DNA of 57,246 nt from Acidobacteriota bacterium (GTDB taxonomy: Bacteria > Acidobacteriota > Vicinamibacteria > Vicinamibacterales > UBA2999): NCBI GenBank assembly GCA_020851835.1, contig JADZBZ010000214.1:1-57246 (forward strand), written 5' to 3'. Below, one piece after another: positions 1-10,081 of this stretch. Each line of letters begins with the position of its first letter. Position 1 is the stretch's first letter. The notes below the pieces were generated by a model. That model was not told where the DNA came from, did not search any database, and was given only the letters and a program-made list of their open reading frames with translations. Made by a program: the position numbers and the translations under genes.

Positions 1-126
1 CGTCCGACGCTGGTGCCGGGGTCATCCGCCCTGTGGCGAGGGGGCGAAGATCGAACGCAGCACGGGCGTCAGCGTCTGATAACGTTGACTCCGTTACCTG
101 CGGACCCGTTCATAGCGACTATCGTC
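1..126 (+). repeat. Junction repeat, copy 1 (long form: 30-nt 5' extension + 96-nt core at 31..126); may be cut by the window edge
   Basis: nt 31..126 identical 96/96 to 4372..4467, 10412..10507, 18590..18685 and 34480..34575. nt 1..30 identical to 4342..4371. Confidence 0.95.
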
Positions 127-422
127 CTGCGCCCGCCGACGCGAAAGAGAAGATCGGCGTCGTCATCGCCATCGCGGAGGACGGCCTCACCTCCGCGGTG
201 AAGCGCGGCGAGAACAGCGGCCGCACCCTCGCGCACACGGCCGTCGCACGGCGACTCGAGTCGATCGGCGCGCTCGACCGCGACGCCTTCGCCGGCGAGG
301 GGCAGTGGAAGCTGAACGCCGCGTGGCGCCCCTCGTCGCTCCGGGTTATCGCCTTTCTTCAAGGGCAGACGTCCCATCGAGTGTACGGCTCGGCGCAGGC
401 GCGCCTGTCGTCGCCCCGCTGA
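127..422 (+). pseudogene. DUF1223-family protein, C-terminal ~95 aa only (5'-truncated at the repeat)
   Basis: Translation ...VKRGENSGRTLAHTAVARRLE...LRVIAFLQ... resembles the C-terminal part of DUF1223 proteins. It starts directly at the repeat's right end, with no N-terminal CxxC region. Confidence 0.55.
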
Positions 423-1152
423 GCACTCGTCGCCCCGGTATGAGCATCGGCACCATCCGCCGATAGTTCGCGTACGCGGAGCCGTGCTCGGCGACCAGGT
501 CGTGCTCCTCGAACTGGATCGCCAGGACGATGTAGGCGGTCGTCACGAGCGCGAAGACGAGATGCGCCAGCGTCATCGTCGGCGTCATCCAGAAGGCGAA
601 CAGGAACCCCAGGTACAGCGGGTGCCGGACGATGCGGTAGGGAGCCGGCGTCCGGAAGGCGATCGGCGAGTAGGGCTTGCCTCTGAGCGGCAGCCACACC
701 TGCCGCAGCCCGAACAGGTCGAAGTGGTTGATCAGGAACGTCACCACGAGCACCGTGCCCCATCCGCAGGCAAAGAGCGTCCACAGGATCGCCCGTGCGG
801 CGGCGTTGTCGACGGACCAGATCGAGCCGCCGAGAGGACGCCACTGCCAGAAGAGCAGCAGCAGGGCAAGGCTCGCGCAGAGGACGTAGGTGGAGCGCTC
901 GATGGCCCACGGCACGATCTGGGTCCAGCGCTCCTTGAACCACCGCCGCGCCATCACGCTGTGCTGGACGGCGAAGATCGTGAGCAGGCCGCAATCGATC
1001 GCCAGCGCGGCCGGCAGCGAGCCCTCGAGCGGGCCGTCGAGCCGCCGCGGTACCGCGAAGCCGCCCACGAATGCGATCGCGTAGAGGAACGTGACGAGAA
1101 ACACGAGGTAGGCGGCGAGGCCGTACCCGAAAAACAGCAGACGCTTGACCAT
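346..1152 (-). CDS. Polytopic membrane methyltransferase, ICMT/MddA-like family
   Basis: Starts MVKRLLFFGYGLAAYLVF. Multiple TM helices. C-terminal motif HFDLFGLRQ...YRIVRHPLYLGFLFAFW...EEHDL is typical of isoprenylcysteine/methanethiol S-methyltransferase-type enzymes. The longer ORF 346..2328 is an antisense artefact. Confidence 0.7.
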   Translation of the reverse strand: MVKRLLFFGYGLAAYLVFLVTFLYAIAFVGGFAVPRRLDGPLEGSLPAALAIDCGLLTIFAVQHSVMARRWFKERWTQIVPWAIERSTYVLCASLALLLLFWQWRPLGGSIWSVDNAAARAILWTLFACGWGTVLVVTFLINHFDLFGLRQVWLPLRGKPYSPIAFRTPAPYRIVRHPLYLGFLFAFWMTPTMTLAHLVFALVTTAYIVLAIQFEEHDLVAEHGSAYANYRRMVPMLIPGRRVLSGATTGAPAPSRTLDGTSALEERR

Positions 1153-1266
1153 GCGATCCTCCTTCGTCTGGAAGCATCGCCGGTCCACCGCCGTCCGCCC
1201 ATCGGCGGATTGTCCCGATTCAGGTAGAATCGCGCCCCTAGACATGAGGCAAATGTCCCGCCCGTC

Positions 1267-2343
1267 ATGACCGCACCCGGACGCATTCGCCAGCACGTCC
1301 GTTACGTCACCGCCGGTGACGGCACCCGCCTCGCGTGGGCCGAGGCCGGGGCCGGGCGTCCGCTCGTCAAGGCCGCCAACTGGCTCACGCACCTGGAATA
1401 CGAGCTGGACAGCCCGGTGTGGCGCCACTGGCTGCAGTTCCTCTCGTCGCATTTTCGATTCATCAGGTTCGACGAACGAGGCTGCGGCATGAGCGGATGG
1501 GGCGGAGGGCCGCTCACCGTGGAGCGTTGGACCGGGGATCTCGAGACGGTCATCGATGCGGCGCGCCTCGATGGGCCCGCGATCCTCCTGGGCATCTCGC
1601 AGGGTGCGGCGAGCTGCATCCAGTATGCGATTCGGCACCCGGAGCGCGTCTCGCACCTGGTGCTCTACGGTGCCTATGCGCACGGCGTGCTGCACCGCGG
1701 CACGCCCATGACCCGGCTCGCCTACCAGGCGATGGTGGATCTCGCGCGCGCCGCGTGGGGCACGGACAACCCGGCCTTCCGCCAGGTCTTCACCTCGCGC
1801 TTCATTCCCGGCGGGACGCCCGAGCAGCTGCAGTGGTGGAACGAGCTGTGTCTGAAGACGACTACTGGCGAGATCGCGGCCACCTTGTTCCAGGCGCGGG
1901 CGGAGGTTGACGTGTCGGCCCTGCTCGGCCAGGTGCGCGTCCCCACGCTGGTGCTGCACGGGACCGACGATCACATCGTGGCGATCGACGAAGCGCGCTT
2001 CCTCGCGAGCGGCATACCGGGCGCGGAGTTCGTCGAGCTCGACTCGCGCAACCACGTCCTGCTGGAACACGAGCCCGCGTGGGCGCGTTTCCAGGACGCG
2101 GTGCTGGACTTCGTGCAGCGTGGCGCGGTGGCGGGGAATTCTCCCTTCGCCGCGCTTTCGGCGCGCGAGCGGGAGGTGCTGGCCGCGATGGCAGACGGCC
2201 TGAGCAACACGGAGATCGCGGAGCGGCTGCAGATCAGCGAGAAGACGGTGCGCAACCACGCATCGAACGTCTTCGACAAGCTGGGCGTCTGGTCGCGCGC
2301 GCAGGCGATCGTCTTCGCGCGCGACCACGGATTCCGGCGGTGA
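1267..2343 (+). CDS. alpha/beta-hydrolase domain fused to a C-terminal LuxR-type HTH regulator
   Basis: N-terminus is alpha/beta-fold-like (LLGISQGAA nucleophile-elbow type motif). C-terminus REREVLAAMADGLSNTEIAERLQISEKTVRNHASNVFDKLGV is a classic LuxR/GerE HTH. Confidence 0.8.
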   Translation: MTAPGRIRQHVRYVTAGDGTRLAWAEAGAGRPLVKAANWLTHLEYELDSPVWRHWLQFLSSHFRFIRFDERGCGMSGWGGGPLTVERWTGDLETVIDAARLDGPAILLGISQGAASCIQYAIRHPERVSHLVLYGAYAHGVLHRGTPMTRLAYQAMVDLARAAWGTDNPAFRQVFTSRFIPGGTPEQLQWWNELCLKTTTGEIAATLFQARAEVDVSALLGQVRVPTLVLHGTDDHIVAIDEARFLASGIPGAEFVELDSRNHVLLEHEPAWARFQDAVLDFVQRGAVAGNSPFAALSAREREVLAAMADGLSNTEIAERLQISEKTVRNHASNVFDKLGVWSRAQAIVFARDHGFRR

Positions 2344-4206
2344 TCAGCGCTTCGAAATCCTGATGTTGCTGACGTACATCTGGTCGTTGGGCCCGGCCTG
2401 GCGCTGCAGGTCGAACGCGATCGCGTCGAACAAGACCGTTGCGGGAATCGCCTTCGGGTACTCTGCGATCTTCGCCTTGCCGATCGAGACACGCACCATC
2501 TCGCCGGCCCTCGTCACCGTCACGGTGATCCGGTTGTTCTGTTCCGTGTTGGAGAACCCCGGCACCTTCAACCACTTCGTCTCGTTGAAGTAGCCCGGCT
2601 CGCCGGGGAATTTCCCTTCGATCTCCGCTTCGCCGTCCCTGCCGCCGAACCCCGGGCGCAGCTTCACGGTGAAGAACGCGTCCTTGCCGCTGTTGGCGAC
2701 CCCCTTTGACATCTTGAAGATCATGCCCCGCGCCCCCCACGTGTAGTCACGGGCAGCCACGAGGTCGAAACTGATGGTCACGTCGCGCGGCAGCGGGCCC
2801 TTGAGCGCGGTCGGCGTAATCGTGAAGCCGCTGAGCGACGCCCAATGACCGTCGAGTCCTTTCAGCTCCGTCACAACGCTCGTCTTCCCGGTGTTATCGA
2901 GGTTGCTGCGCCACTTGAGGGGCGCCTTGCCGACGGGCGTCGCGGAGAAATCGTCGAAGAAATGCACCGCCGGGTCAGCGGCTCCGGCCCGGCTGGCCGC
3001 AGACGGCATGGCCGCAGACGGCATGGCCGCAGACGGCTCGGACGCGGTGGTCGGTGCGCCAGCGGGCCGCAGCGGCGCGTACGGCTGCCCGGCCACCTTC
3101 GCCGGGTCGAAGAAACGGTTGTAGAGATACTCGAAGTTGAACTGGTTCAGGACCGCGTCGTGGAGGTGCTTGCTGGCCGGCTGGTTCAGCTGTGCGGTCC
3201 ACGACACCACGATCCACTGCGGCGTGTCCCCCTTGCAGCGCTCGAGCGTCGCGGCATCCACCGTGTAGACAGGCAGCCGCATCGAACTGCCGCCGTTGCC
3301 AAGGAACGCATCGGGCGCGTTCTCGAGCATGATGTCCGGCTCGCTTCGCGCGATCTCGGCCACCTCCTGCAGGCGGCCCGCATACTTGACCCGGTTGGCC
3401 TCGAGCGCCGCGCGCCGCTTCGCGGTGGCCTCCTCGATGTAGGTCATGGAGCGCGCGATGCGCTGCGCGTCCCCCTGTTCCGCTTCCGTGATGCGCTTCT
3501 TCTCGAGCTCGTACTTGCGGGTGATCGCCACACCCAGCGCATCGAGGTATTCACCGCGGGTGAGCTTCACGAAGGGCAGCCGCCGGTCCTTCGCGATCAG
3601 CACGTACTTGCGGTTGCCGTTGACCGAGTTGCGCTGGAACCAGGCGGGGAACTGGCCGAGGAACGGATGGTTCGAGACGTCCGCCGCCTTCTCGAGCTCG
3701 GGGCCGAAACCCTGCTGCTCGAACGTGGGGATGGTGAAGTAGTAGCGCTCCGGCGTGCTGAGCGCCGCGGCCTCCTCGCCGAAGGGCCCGTTCACGATGA
3801 CGTTCCAGGTGAAGTGGCTGCTCGTGAACGGCTCGAGCTTCTTGTTGGCGCCGTACTTCAACTCGGTGTAGACCCGGGCGGCAACGCCGTAGCTCTGTGC
3901 TCTGGCCGTCGTGTTCTGGTTGTACGGGGTCAGCTTTTCAGCCATCACGACCGCCAGGTCGCCGAGCCCCCCGATCGGGCTGTAGCTCGCCTGCATCCAG
4001 TTGGCGAGCTCCATCGCGATCGTTCGCTGCGCGGCGGAGTACACGCGGTGATCGACCTTCAGCGGCGCGGTCGCCCCTTTGAAGTTGTAGATTTTCGCCC
4101 AGCCCAGCTCCTGGTCGGCGATGGACGCAGGGGGAATCGTCTGGGCGAGGAGCGGCACCGCGAGCGCGATCGCGAAGGAACCGATCAATCCGCTACGACC
4201 TTTCAT
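2344..4206 (-). CDS. Secreted hypothetical protein (signal peptide; C-terminal jelly-roll-like region)
   Basis: Start chosen at MKGRSGLIGSFAIALAVPLLAQ (signal-peptide-like). Long coherent ORF. No family recognised. Confidence 0.6.
   Translation of the reverse strand: MKGRSGLIGSFAIALAVPLLAQTIPPASIADQELGWAKIYNFKGATAPLKVDHRVYSAAQRTIAMELANWMQASYSPIGGLGDLAVVMAEKLTPYNQNTTARAQSYGVAARVYTELKYGANKKLEPFTSSHFTWNVIVNGPFGEEAAALSTPERYYFTIPTFEQQGFGPELEKAADVSNHPFLGQFPAWFQRNSVNGNRKYVLIAKDRRLPFVKLTRGEYLDALGVAITRKYELEKKRITEAEQGDAQRIARSMTYIEEATAKRRAALEANRVKYAGRLQEVAEIARSEPDIMLENAPDAFLGNGGSSMRLPVYTVDAATLERCKGDTPQWIVVSWTAQLNQPASKHLHDAVLNQFNFEYLYNRFFDPAKVAGQPYAPLRPAGAPTTASEPSAAMPSAAMPSAASRAGAADPAVHFFDDFSATPVGKAPLKWRSNLDNTGKTSVVTELKGLDGHWASLSGFTITPTALKGPLPRDVTISFDLVAARDYTWGARGMIFKMSKGVANSGKDAFFTVKLRPGFGGRDGEAEIEGKFPGEPGYFNETKWLKVPGFSNTEQNNRITVTVTRAGEMVRVSIGKAKIAEYPKAIPATVLFDAIAFDLQRQAGPNDQMYVSNIRISKR
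2995..3037. repeat. 15-bp tandem repeat, ~2.9 units (GGCCGCAGACGGCAT)
   Basis: Direct reading. Encodes SAAMPSAAMPSAA inside the 2344..4206 protein. Confidence 0.85.
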
Positions 4207-4341
4207 GGGTACTCCCTTTCGGCGGGGTCCGGCCGCCTCTGCACGCCGTGCGCATTGTGGCACAGACCACCCAGTGCGGAGTTGCTGTCCCGCCACCTGG
4301 CCCGTCACCCGATCAACGGCCGTCACCTGGCTTTTGGCCCA

Positions 4342-4467
4342 CGTCCGACGCTGGTGCCGGGGTCATCCGCCCTGTGGCGAGGGGGCGAAGATCGAACGCA
4401 GCACGGGCGTCAGCGTCTGATAACGTTGACTCCGTTACCTGCGGACCCGTTCATAGCGACTATCGTC
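4342..4467 (+). repeat. Junction repeat, copy 2 (long form; core 4372..4467)
   Basis: Identical to nt 1..126. Lies between the 5' UTR of the 2344..4206 gene and the 3' end of the TetR gene. Confidence 0.95.
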
Positions 4468-4522
4468 GGACGTGTGTCGATCCGCGCCCGAAGCGGTGTC
4501 TCCTGGCCGCGCAGGTCATCCG

Positions 4523-5185
4523 TCATGGCCTAGGCGAAGTCTTCCGTGTCCGCTTCGTCCGCCTGTGCGTGGGTCCCGAGTTCTTCGGGGCGTTCGAGAA
4601 CAGCAGCTCGACGTACCGCTTGAGGTGATCGACGCTTTCGATCGCCACGGCAACGTCGTTCTGGGCCTTCGCAAGGATGAAGGCGCCTTGCAGGACCGCT
4701 TGTGTGTGCGTCGCCAGGCTTTCTGCGGTCCAGCCGCCGGCGATGCCGTGACTCTTCATGGCGTCAGCGATGTCGTTGGTGAGCGTCCCGGCGTGACCAA
4801 AGATGCTGGCCGCGCAGGCGTCGCGGATCTCCGGATGCTCTCCGTAGGTCTCCTGGACCATGGTGCCGACCACGCACGTGAACTCCGGAATCTCGCCCCG
4901 GAGCAGCGCCCGTCGGAACTCGATGTAGGCAAGAACGCGATCGAGTGGATCTTTGGGGTCGTGGTAGGGCGCACGCTCGAAGAGCTCACCCGTCACGGCC
5001 GACCAGTGCTCGGCGGCGGCCACGCCGAGCGCATCCTTGGTTGCGAAGTAGTGGAAGAACGCGCCCTTGGTCACGCCCGCCCGCGCGCATACGTCGTCGA
5101 CCGTCGTCGCCGAGAACCCCTTCTCGCGAATCAATGACAGGGCGGCGTTGAGCAGTTTGAGCTCCGCGGCTCGGGCTTTGGGCAC
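4523..5185 (-). CDS. TetR/AcrR-family transcriptional regulator
   Basis: N-terminal HTH LIREKGFSATTVDDVCARAGVTKGAFFHYF is canonical TetR. GTG start. Confidence 0.85.
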   Translation of the reverse strand: MPKARAAELKLLNAALSLIREKGFSATTVDDVCARAGVTKGAFFHYFATKDALGVAAAEHWSAVTGELFERAPYHDPKDPLDRVLAYIEFRRALLRGEIPEFTCVVGTMVQETYGEHPEIRDACAASIFGHAGTLTNDIADAMKSHGIAGGWTAESLATHTQAVLQGAFILAKAQNDVAVAIESVDHLKRYVELLFSNAPKNSGPTHRRTKRTRKTSPRP

Positions 5186-5190
5186 GGTCT

Positions 5191-5216
5191 ATACATACAA
5201 ACTAGTTGGTATGTAT
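5191..5216. promoter_or_regulatory. AT-rich near-perfect 26-bp palindrome, putative TetR operator/promoter
   Basis: ATACATACAAACTAGTTGGTATGTAT has one mismatched pair. It lies 6 nt upstream of the TetR start and is an AT island in GC-rich DNA. Confidence 0.6.
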
Positions 5217-5402
5217 GTCAAGGCGAACTGTCGAACCAGCTGCCAGCCCCTGCGCGACTGGGTGGATGAGGCCTGGCGACGTTGGCTCACGCTTGCCGGA
5301 AGCGAGACGAGTCCGAGTGAGCCAGGCTACCTGGCCGGGGCCGTACACGCTGCAGGATGCACCGCCAGCGAGGTGACCCAACTCCTGGCGCTGGGGTGAG
5401 CC

Positions 5403-8132
5403 CTACTCGTCGCGCAGCGCTTCGATCGGCTGGATGCGCAAGCCCTGCCGCAACGGACCAATCGCCGCAATTACGCCGATCGTCATCGTGAGCAAGACGA
5501 CGGCCGGCAGCAGCATCGCGCGGTAGTTCTGTATCATGTCGCCCTCGAGCATCTGCTCCAGGCCAACGGCGCCGATCACGCCGAGCATCGCGCCGGCGCC
5601 CAGTTGGGCGAGGACGCGCGAGAAGATGCCGAGGAGGATCCGGTTACGGTTGGCGCCCAGCGCCGCGCGAATGCCGATTTCGCGCCGCCGCCGCGCCACG
5701 GTGAACGACATCAGCGAGTAGATGCCGGCCGACGAGAGCAGCAGCACGCTCACGATCACCAGCCCAAGGCTGACGCCGATCAGCCGCATCATGCCCTGAG
5801 CCTGCCGGAACGCGATGGCGGCGGTGGACACGTCGAGCACCAGCAGGTCCGGATCGACCGACGCGCTGAGGTCGCGTAGCGGCTCGGCAAGCGCCGCCGG
5901 ATCGCCGGTGCGCGCCCGCACATTGAGACGGGCAGGATACAGGTCGCTGGCAGCGACGGCGTGGTAGACCCGACCTTCCGATTCATCGTCGAACGACCCG
6001 GGCACAGGGAAGTTGGGCACCACGCCGACGATTTCATACCAGCGCTCGAACACGACGTGCTGGGACGGCGCCTCGCGGCTCCGCCCGACGTACTTGATTC
6101 GGCGGCCGAGTGGATTAGCGCCACCGAAGACCTGATCGACCAACCCGCGGCTGACCAGCACGCCAGGCGTCATACCGGCGGTGTCCGCCGACGCATCGGC
6201 GGGTGTCAGGCCGCGCCCGATGCTCACCGGCACGTCGAACGCTGAAAAGAAGTTGGCGGTGACGCGGTTGAACCGCACCAGGGTGCCGCGCTTGGTGCCC
6301 TCGACGATGTTGTAGTCGACCGGGTCGATGGGCACCGGCACGCCTTCTGCCTCGACCACCAATGCAAGTTCGCGGCCAGGACTGGTCAGCGAGAACGTCA
6401 CCTCACGCACGCGTGCGTCGTCTCTCAAGCGGCGTTCGATGTCCGCAAGGGCGCTGCCATAGCGGTCGGCAAAGGCCTGGTCAACCGTCTCGGTCGGCGC
6501 GGCCACGGCGCGTTCGAGCGACAGGCTTGCGTTGAGGAACTCGGCGGTGGCGTAGCCGCCGCCAGACTCGATGCGGAGCGCGCTCCAGGCAAAATAGGTC
6601 GCCATCGGCAGCAGCGCGACCGTCACCGCCACCTGCGCCACGATCAGCGCCGTCCATAGCCGGCCCATCTGCATGCGCGATCCGCTGCCGGGTGACAGCG
6701 TCTGCAGGCGCGTGTGGACCTGGGGACCGGTCGCCTTGAGCGCCGGCGCCACGCCGACAATGGCCGCCGCCAGCAGCGTCAGCCCGACGACGTAGATCAC
6801 GGTACTGGTCTGAAGCTCCGGCGAGAACCAGAAGGGCCAGGCGCCGACCATGGTGCCCATGGCGAGCAGTGCGCCCTCGAGCTGGCGGAGCCCGACGGCG
6901 GTGAGGACGATACCGATGGCCGCCGACACGCTCGCCAGCATCAGCGCTTCGACGAACAGCTGCGCCACGATCCGGCGCCGGCTGGCGCCGAGTGCCCCTC
7001 GCACCGCAATCTCGCCTTGTCGCGTCGCGGTGCGGGCGTAGACGAGGATGGCCACGTTGACGCAGATGAGTATCAGTAACAGCACGATTGCAGTCTCGAT
7101 GGCATAGATCGCAAGAGCGCTGTCAGGGTCGTCGAGTTCGCTGAAGGCGTGGGCGTAGGCCAGCACCGTGGGGCGCAGGTGCTGGTGGGTTGCTGGCCAG
7201 GCCCCCGCGAGACGCTGGCCGATGGCCGCAAGCTCGGCCTGCGCACTCTCGAGCGTGGCTCCGGGCGCAAGCCGTCCAAACACGTTGATGCCGGGGCCGC
7301 TGCGCGGCGCCGAGGCGACCGCGTCGAGACGCCACGGGATCCAGAAGCTGTGATAGGTGGGGAAGCCGAACCCCTCTGGCATCACGCCGACGATGGTGTA
7401 GGCCGTGGCGCCAAGGTCCACCGCCCGGCCGACGATGTCCGGATCCGCCGCGAAACGGCGGACCCACTCGTCATGACCAATCACGAGCGCGTCGGGCGCG
7501 TCCGGGCGCTCGTCGTGCGGCAGCAGCGTGCGGCCGCGATACGCGGGGACGCGGGCGGCGCGAAACGCCGACGCCGAGATCTCGGCCACCATCACGACCT
7601 CGGGCGGCCGGCCGTCGACGATCAGGTTGCGCTGGACGTCGCGTGACACGCTGAAGTCTTCGATGGAGGTCGCGTCGCGCCACGCCTCGAGGTCGGCGAG
7701 CAGGCGGAACTCGCGATTGTTGGTCGAGGCGTCCCAGTTGACGAGTGAGACCAGCCGGTCGCTCTCGGGCAACGGCAGCGTGGTGCCCATCATCATCGAG
7801 CCGATGGTGAAGGCGCCGGCGGCGATGGTGATGCCGACCGACATGCCGAGCACGCTGACCAGGCTCAGGCCCGGATAGCGGAGCAGCATGCGCCAGGCCA
7901 GCGTGAAGTCGAGTGCCGAGAACGCCGGGCCCTGACGGAGCCGGCGCTGGCGCCGTCGCTCACCGAGGCCGGTGCCGAGCACGTTGAGGCAGGCGACGAG
8001 CGCGAAAGAGAGGCGAGCGTGTCCGTCTCGCGCGGCGAGCGCTCGCGCGAACGTTTCGGTCATCTCGGCCGCGTAGCGCTCGCGATGCCGGCGGGGAAAT
8101 GCGCGGAGGGCCAGGTGGTAGAGGCGTGTCAT
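5403..8132 (-). CDS. ADOP-family permease (duplicated MacB-periplasmic-domain/FtsX permease)
   Basis: 909 aa. Two FtsX-type C-terminal modules (...EIAVRGALGASRRRIV... and ...EIGIRAALGANRNRIL...). Ends ALRDE. Translationally coupled to the upstream PadR. Confidence 0.85.
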   Translation of the reverse strand: MTRLYHLALRAFPRRHRERYAAEMTETFARALAARDGHARLSFALVACLNVLGTGLGERRRQRRLRQGPAFSALDFTLAWRMLLRYPGLSLVSVLGMSVGITIAAGAFTIGSMMMGTTLPLPESDRLVSLVNWDASTNNREFRLLADLEAWRDATSIEDFSVSRDVQRNLIVDGRPPEVVMVAEISASAFRAARVPAYRGRTLLPHDERPDAPDALVIGHDEWVRRFAADPDIVGRAVDLGATAYTIVGVMPEGFGFPTYHSFWIPWRLDAVASAPRSGPGINVFGRLAPGATLESAQAELAAIGQRLAGAWPATHQHLRPTVLAYAHAFSELDDPDSALAIYAIETAIVLLLILICVNVAILVYARTATRQGEIAVRGALGASRRRIVAQLFVEALMLASVSAAIGIVLTAVGLRQLEGALLAMGTMVGAWPFWFSPELQTSTVIYVVGLTLLAAAIVGVAPALKATGPQVHTRLQTLSPGSGSRMQMGRLWTALIVAQVAVTVALLPMATYFAWSALRIESGGGYATAEFLNASLSLERAVAAPTETVDQAFADRYGSALADIERRLRDDARVREVTFSLTSPGRELALVVEAEGVPVPIDPVDYNIVEGTKRGTLVRFNRVTANFFSAFDVPVSIGRGLTPADASADTAGMTPGVLVSRGLVDQVFGGANPLGRRIKYVGRSREAPSQHVVFERWYEIVGVVPNFPVPGSFDDESEGRVYHAVAASDLYPARLNVRARTGDPAALAEPLRDLSASVDPDLLVLDVSTAAIAFRQAQGMMRLIGVSLGLVIVSVLLLSSAGIYSLMSFTVARRRREIGIRAALGANRNRILLGIFSRVLAQLGAGAMLGVIGAVGLEQMLEGDMIQNYRAMLLPAVVLLTMTIGVIAAIGPLRQGLRIQPIEALRDE

Positions 8133-8491
8133 TTCGGGCCTCCGAACATGTTCTGCGCGCGGGCCACTTCGAGGAGCGCCCGCAGGCGTTCCGATTCCGC
8201 GCGCGCCACTGCGCGGCCGAAGCTGGTGCGCTGGTAGTACCGCCGAGCCGGCCCGCCGCTCGCATCGCCCTTCGGCGTCGATTCGGTGACCAGGCCTTCG
8301 TCCACCATCCTGGCGAGCGCGGCGTAAAGGGTGCCGGGGAGGATGGCCTCGCGGCCGTCGGTCATGGCCGACACCACCTGCATGATGGCGTAGCCGTGCA
8401 GGGCGTCGCCGTCGCCTAAGGCGAGCAGCACCTGGAAGGTGGAGTGTTTGAGCGGGAGCAGCTCAGCCGGGTCACGCGTCAGTCGGCGCAT
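8129..8491 (-). CDS. PadR-family transcriptional regulator
   Basis: LLALGDGDALHGYAIMQVV...GTLYAALARMVDEGLV is a winged-helix PadR signature. ATGA overlap with the ADOP gene. Confidence 0.85.
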   Translation of the reverse strand: MRRLTRDPAELLPLKHSTFQVLLALGDGDALHGYAIMQVVSAMTDGREAILPGTLYAALARMVDEGLVTESTPKGDASGGPARRYYQRTSFGRAVARAESERLRALLEVARAQNMFGGPK

Positions 8492-8789
8492 CGTATTCGG
8501 CTTAGACTATAGTTGATATCGAATAGTTCCAGCGATGGCGGTGCGCCGAACGAGCCCACGGCGTCGCGCTCATCCCGCGGTGGGCGCCACCCAGAGGCCC
8601 GCCGCCAGCGCCGGCCCCATCTCGATCAGCACCATCGCGACGTAGAGCACCAGCGTCTTTACCGTGGTCGGGACGCGGCTCGGTGGTCGTGATTCCTGGT
8701 GTGGTGGCGGTAGAGTGGATAGCCGTCGCCACCTCTACCCGGTGCGGGCACTCACAGGGCGCGGCGGCAGAGGACGGGAGGACACCCTC

Positions 8790-9521
8790 GTGACCGAGTT
8801 CTACGGCGCGCTGGCCGCGTGGTGGCCCGTCATATCGCCGGTCGAGGATTACGCCGACGAGACGGACGAACTCCGCCGGCTCATCCAGGGCTATCGACCG
8901 CATGCGCGGACGCTCCTCGAACTGGGCAGCGGCGGCGGACATGTGGCCCACCATCTCGCGCGACATTTCGACTGCTGCCTCACCGACCTCAGCGCCGACA
9001 TGCTGGCGCTGTCGCGGCAATTGAATTCAGCGTGCGAGCACGTGCAGAGCGACCCGCGCAGCCTCGACCTGGGGCGCACCTTCGATGTCGTGCTGGCGCA
9101 TGACGCCATCGACTACATGCTCACGGAGGACGACCTCGCGCGAGTGTGCAACACGGCATGGCGGCACCTCGAGCCAGGCGGACTGGTCGTGCTGGTGCCC
9201 GACACGGTGGCCGAGACCTTCGAGCCTGGCACCGATGTGTCTGGCAGCGATGCGCCTGACGGCCGTGCGGCGCGGTTGTTCGAGTGGGCCGAACCCCTGC
9301 GGCCCGGCGCCACGCAGGCGGCCGTGCACTACAGCTTCCTGCTGCGCGAGCGCGACGGCGGCATGCGCACGGTCTACGAGCGGCACGACTGTGGCGTCTT
9401 TCCGACCGGGACGTGGACGCGTCTGCTCGCCGAGCGCGGCTTCCACGTGGACGTGGTCGTCGAGCGGACCGATGACGAGCAAACGCCGCGGCGCCTGTTC
9501 GTGGGACAGCGGCCGGGCTGA
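8790..9521 (+). CDS. Class I SAM-dependent methyltransferase
   Basis: LLELGSGGGHVAHHL (motif I) and VLAHDAIDYM. GTG start preceded by AGGACGGGAGGA. Confidence 0.7.
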   Translation: MTEFYGALAAWWPVISPVEDYADETDELRRLIQGYRPHARTLLELGSGGGHVAHHLARHFDCCLTDLSADMLALSRQLNSACEHVQSDPRSLDLGRTFDVVLAHDAIDYMLTEDDLARVCNTAWRHLEPGGLVVLVPDTVAETFEPGTDVSGSDAPDGRAARLFEWAEPLRPGATQAAVHYSFLLRERDGGMRTVYERHDCGVFPTGTWTRLLAERGFHVDVVVERTDDEQTPRRLFVGQRPG

Positions 9522-9694
9522 CGCACCAACGTGGCTAGTGGGTCAGCCCCCGTCACCCACGAAGCGCTCGAGCCACTCCACGCCACCAGGCTCGGCCCGT
9601 CCCGCCGTGTTCGCGGGCACATCCAGCACGCGGCGATCTCGCGCGTGCCGACACCGAGCCAGCAGTGCAGGCGCGCGGAAACGCGTGCGCGCCT

Positions 9695-10081
9695 TCACGT
9701 TGACCGCGATGCGCCGCGCTGCGACAGCGTGACCAGCAGCAGGAGGGGAAGCGCCATCCAGGCCAGCGGGACCAGCGTGTAGCCGAGGTAGCGCGCGTGG
9801 TGTCTGAGCACGCGGCCGAGCGCACGGAAGACAGCTGGCAGCGAGTCGTTGAACAGGCGCATCTCGAACAGCCCGGCCTGGACGGCGCGTTTCTCCGCGG
9901 CCATGCCCGCCCGGTTCGAGGTGCGGCCGACCACCCACAGTATCGCCACCCCGGTGGCCGCGGACACCAGCAGCAGCGTGGCGAGCGGCGCGACGCGGAC
10001 AGCCGGTGCGAGCGTGGCGTCGGCGGCCGCCACGGCCGCCGCGTTCAGCGCCGCCAGGGCCTGCTCAGGAAATGTAGCCAA
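9695..10081 (-). CDS. Hypothetical membrane protein (possibly 3'-frameshifted)
   Basis: TM segments. Homologous-looking reading continues in another frame below 9695. No family recognised. Confidence 0.35.
   Translation of the reverse strand: MATFPEQALAALNAAAVAAADATLAPAVRVAPLATLLLVSAATGVAILWVVGRTSNRAGMAAEKRAVQAGLFEMRLFNDSLPAVFRALGRVLRHHARYLGYTLVPLAWMALPLLLLVTLSQRGASRST

Noticed and set aside
31-126. The repeat as a tRNA/tmRNA-derived att site (minus strand contains GTTCGATC and ...CGCCACAG)
   Set aside because: There is no complementary T stem or acceptor stem around the TTCGATC motif. The resemblance is superficial.
31-126. The repeat as the 3' end (domains V/VI) of a 5'-truncated group II intron or other retroelement
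   Set aside because: There is no domain-V-like 34-nt hairpin (AGC triad plus GNRA loop) and no RT ORF nearby. Three copies share exactly the same 5' boundary, which random 5' truncation would not give.
33-422. ORFs that read through the repeat ([31 protein letters not shown]..., [32 protein letters not shown]..., minus-strand [11 protein letters not shown]...) as a conserved peptide, an in-frame RPE-like insert, or a concatemer-type ORF
   Set aside because: 96 nt equals 32 codons and two plus frames are open. However, downstream fragments join in different frames at different copies, and all three minus frames contain stops although several flanking remnants are on the minus strand. The copies are not tandem and no reverse transcriptase is present.
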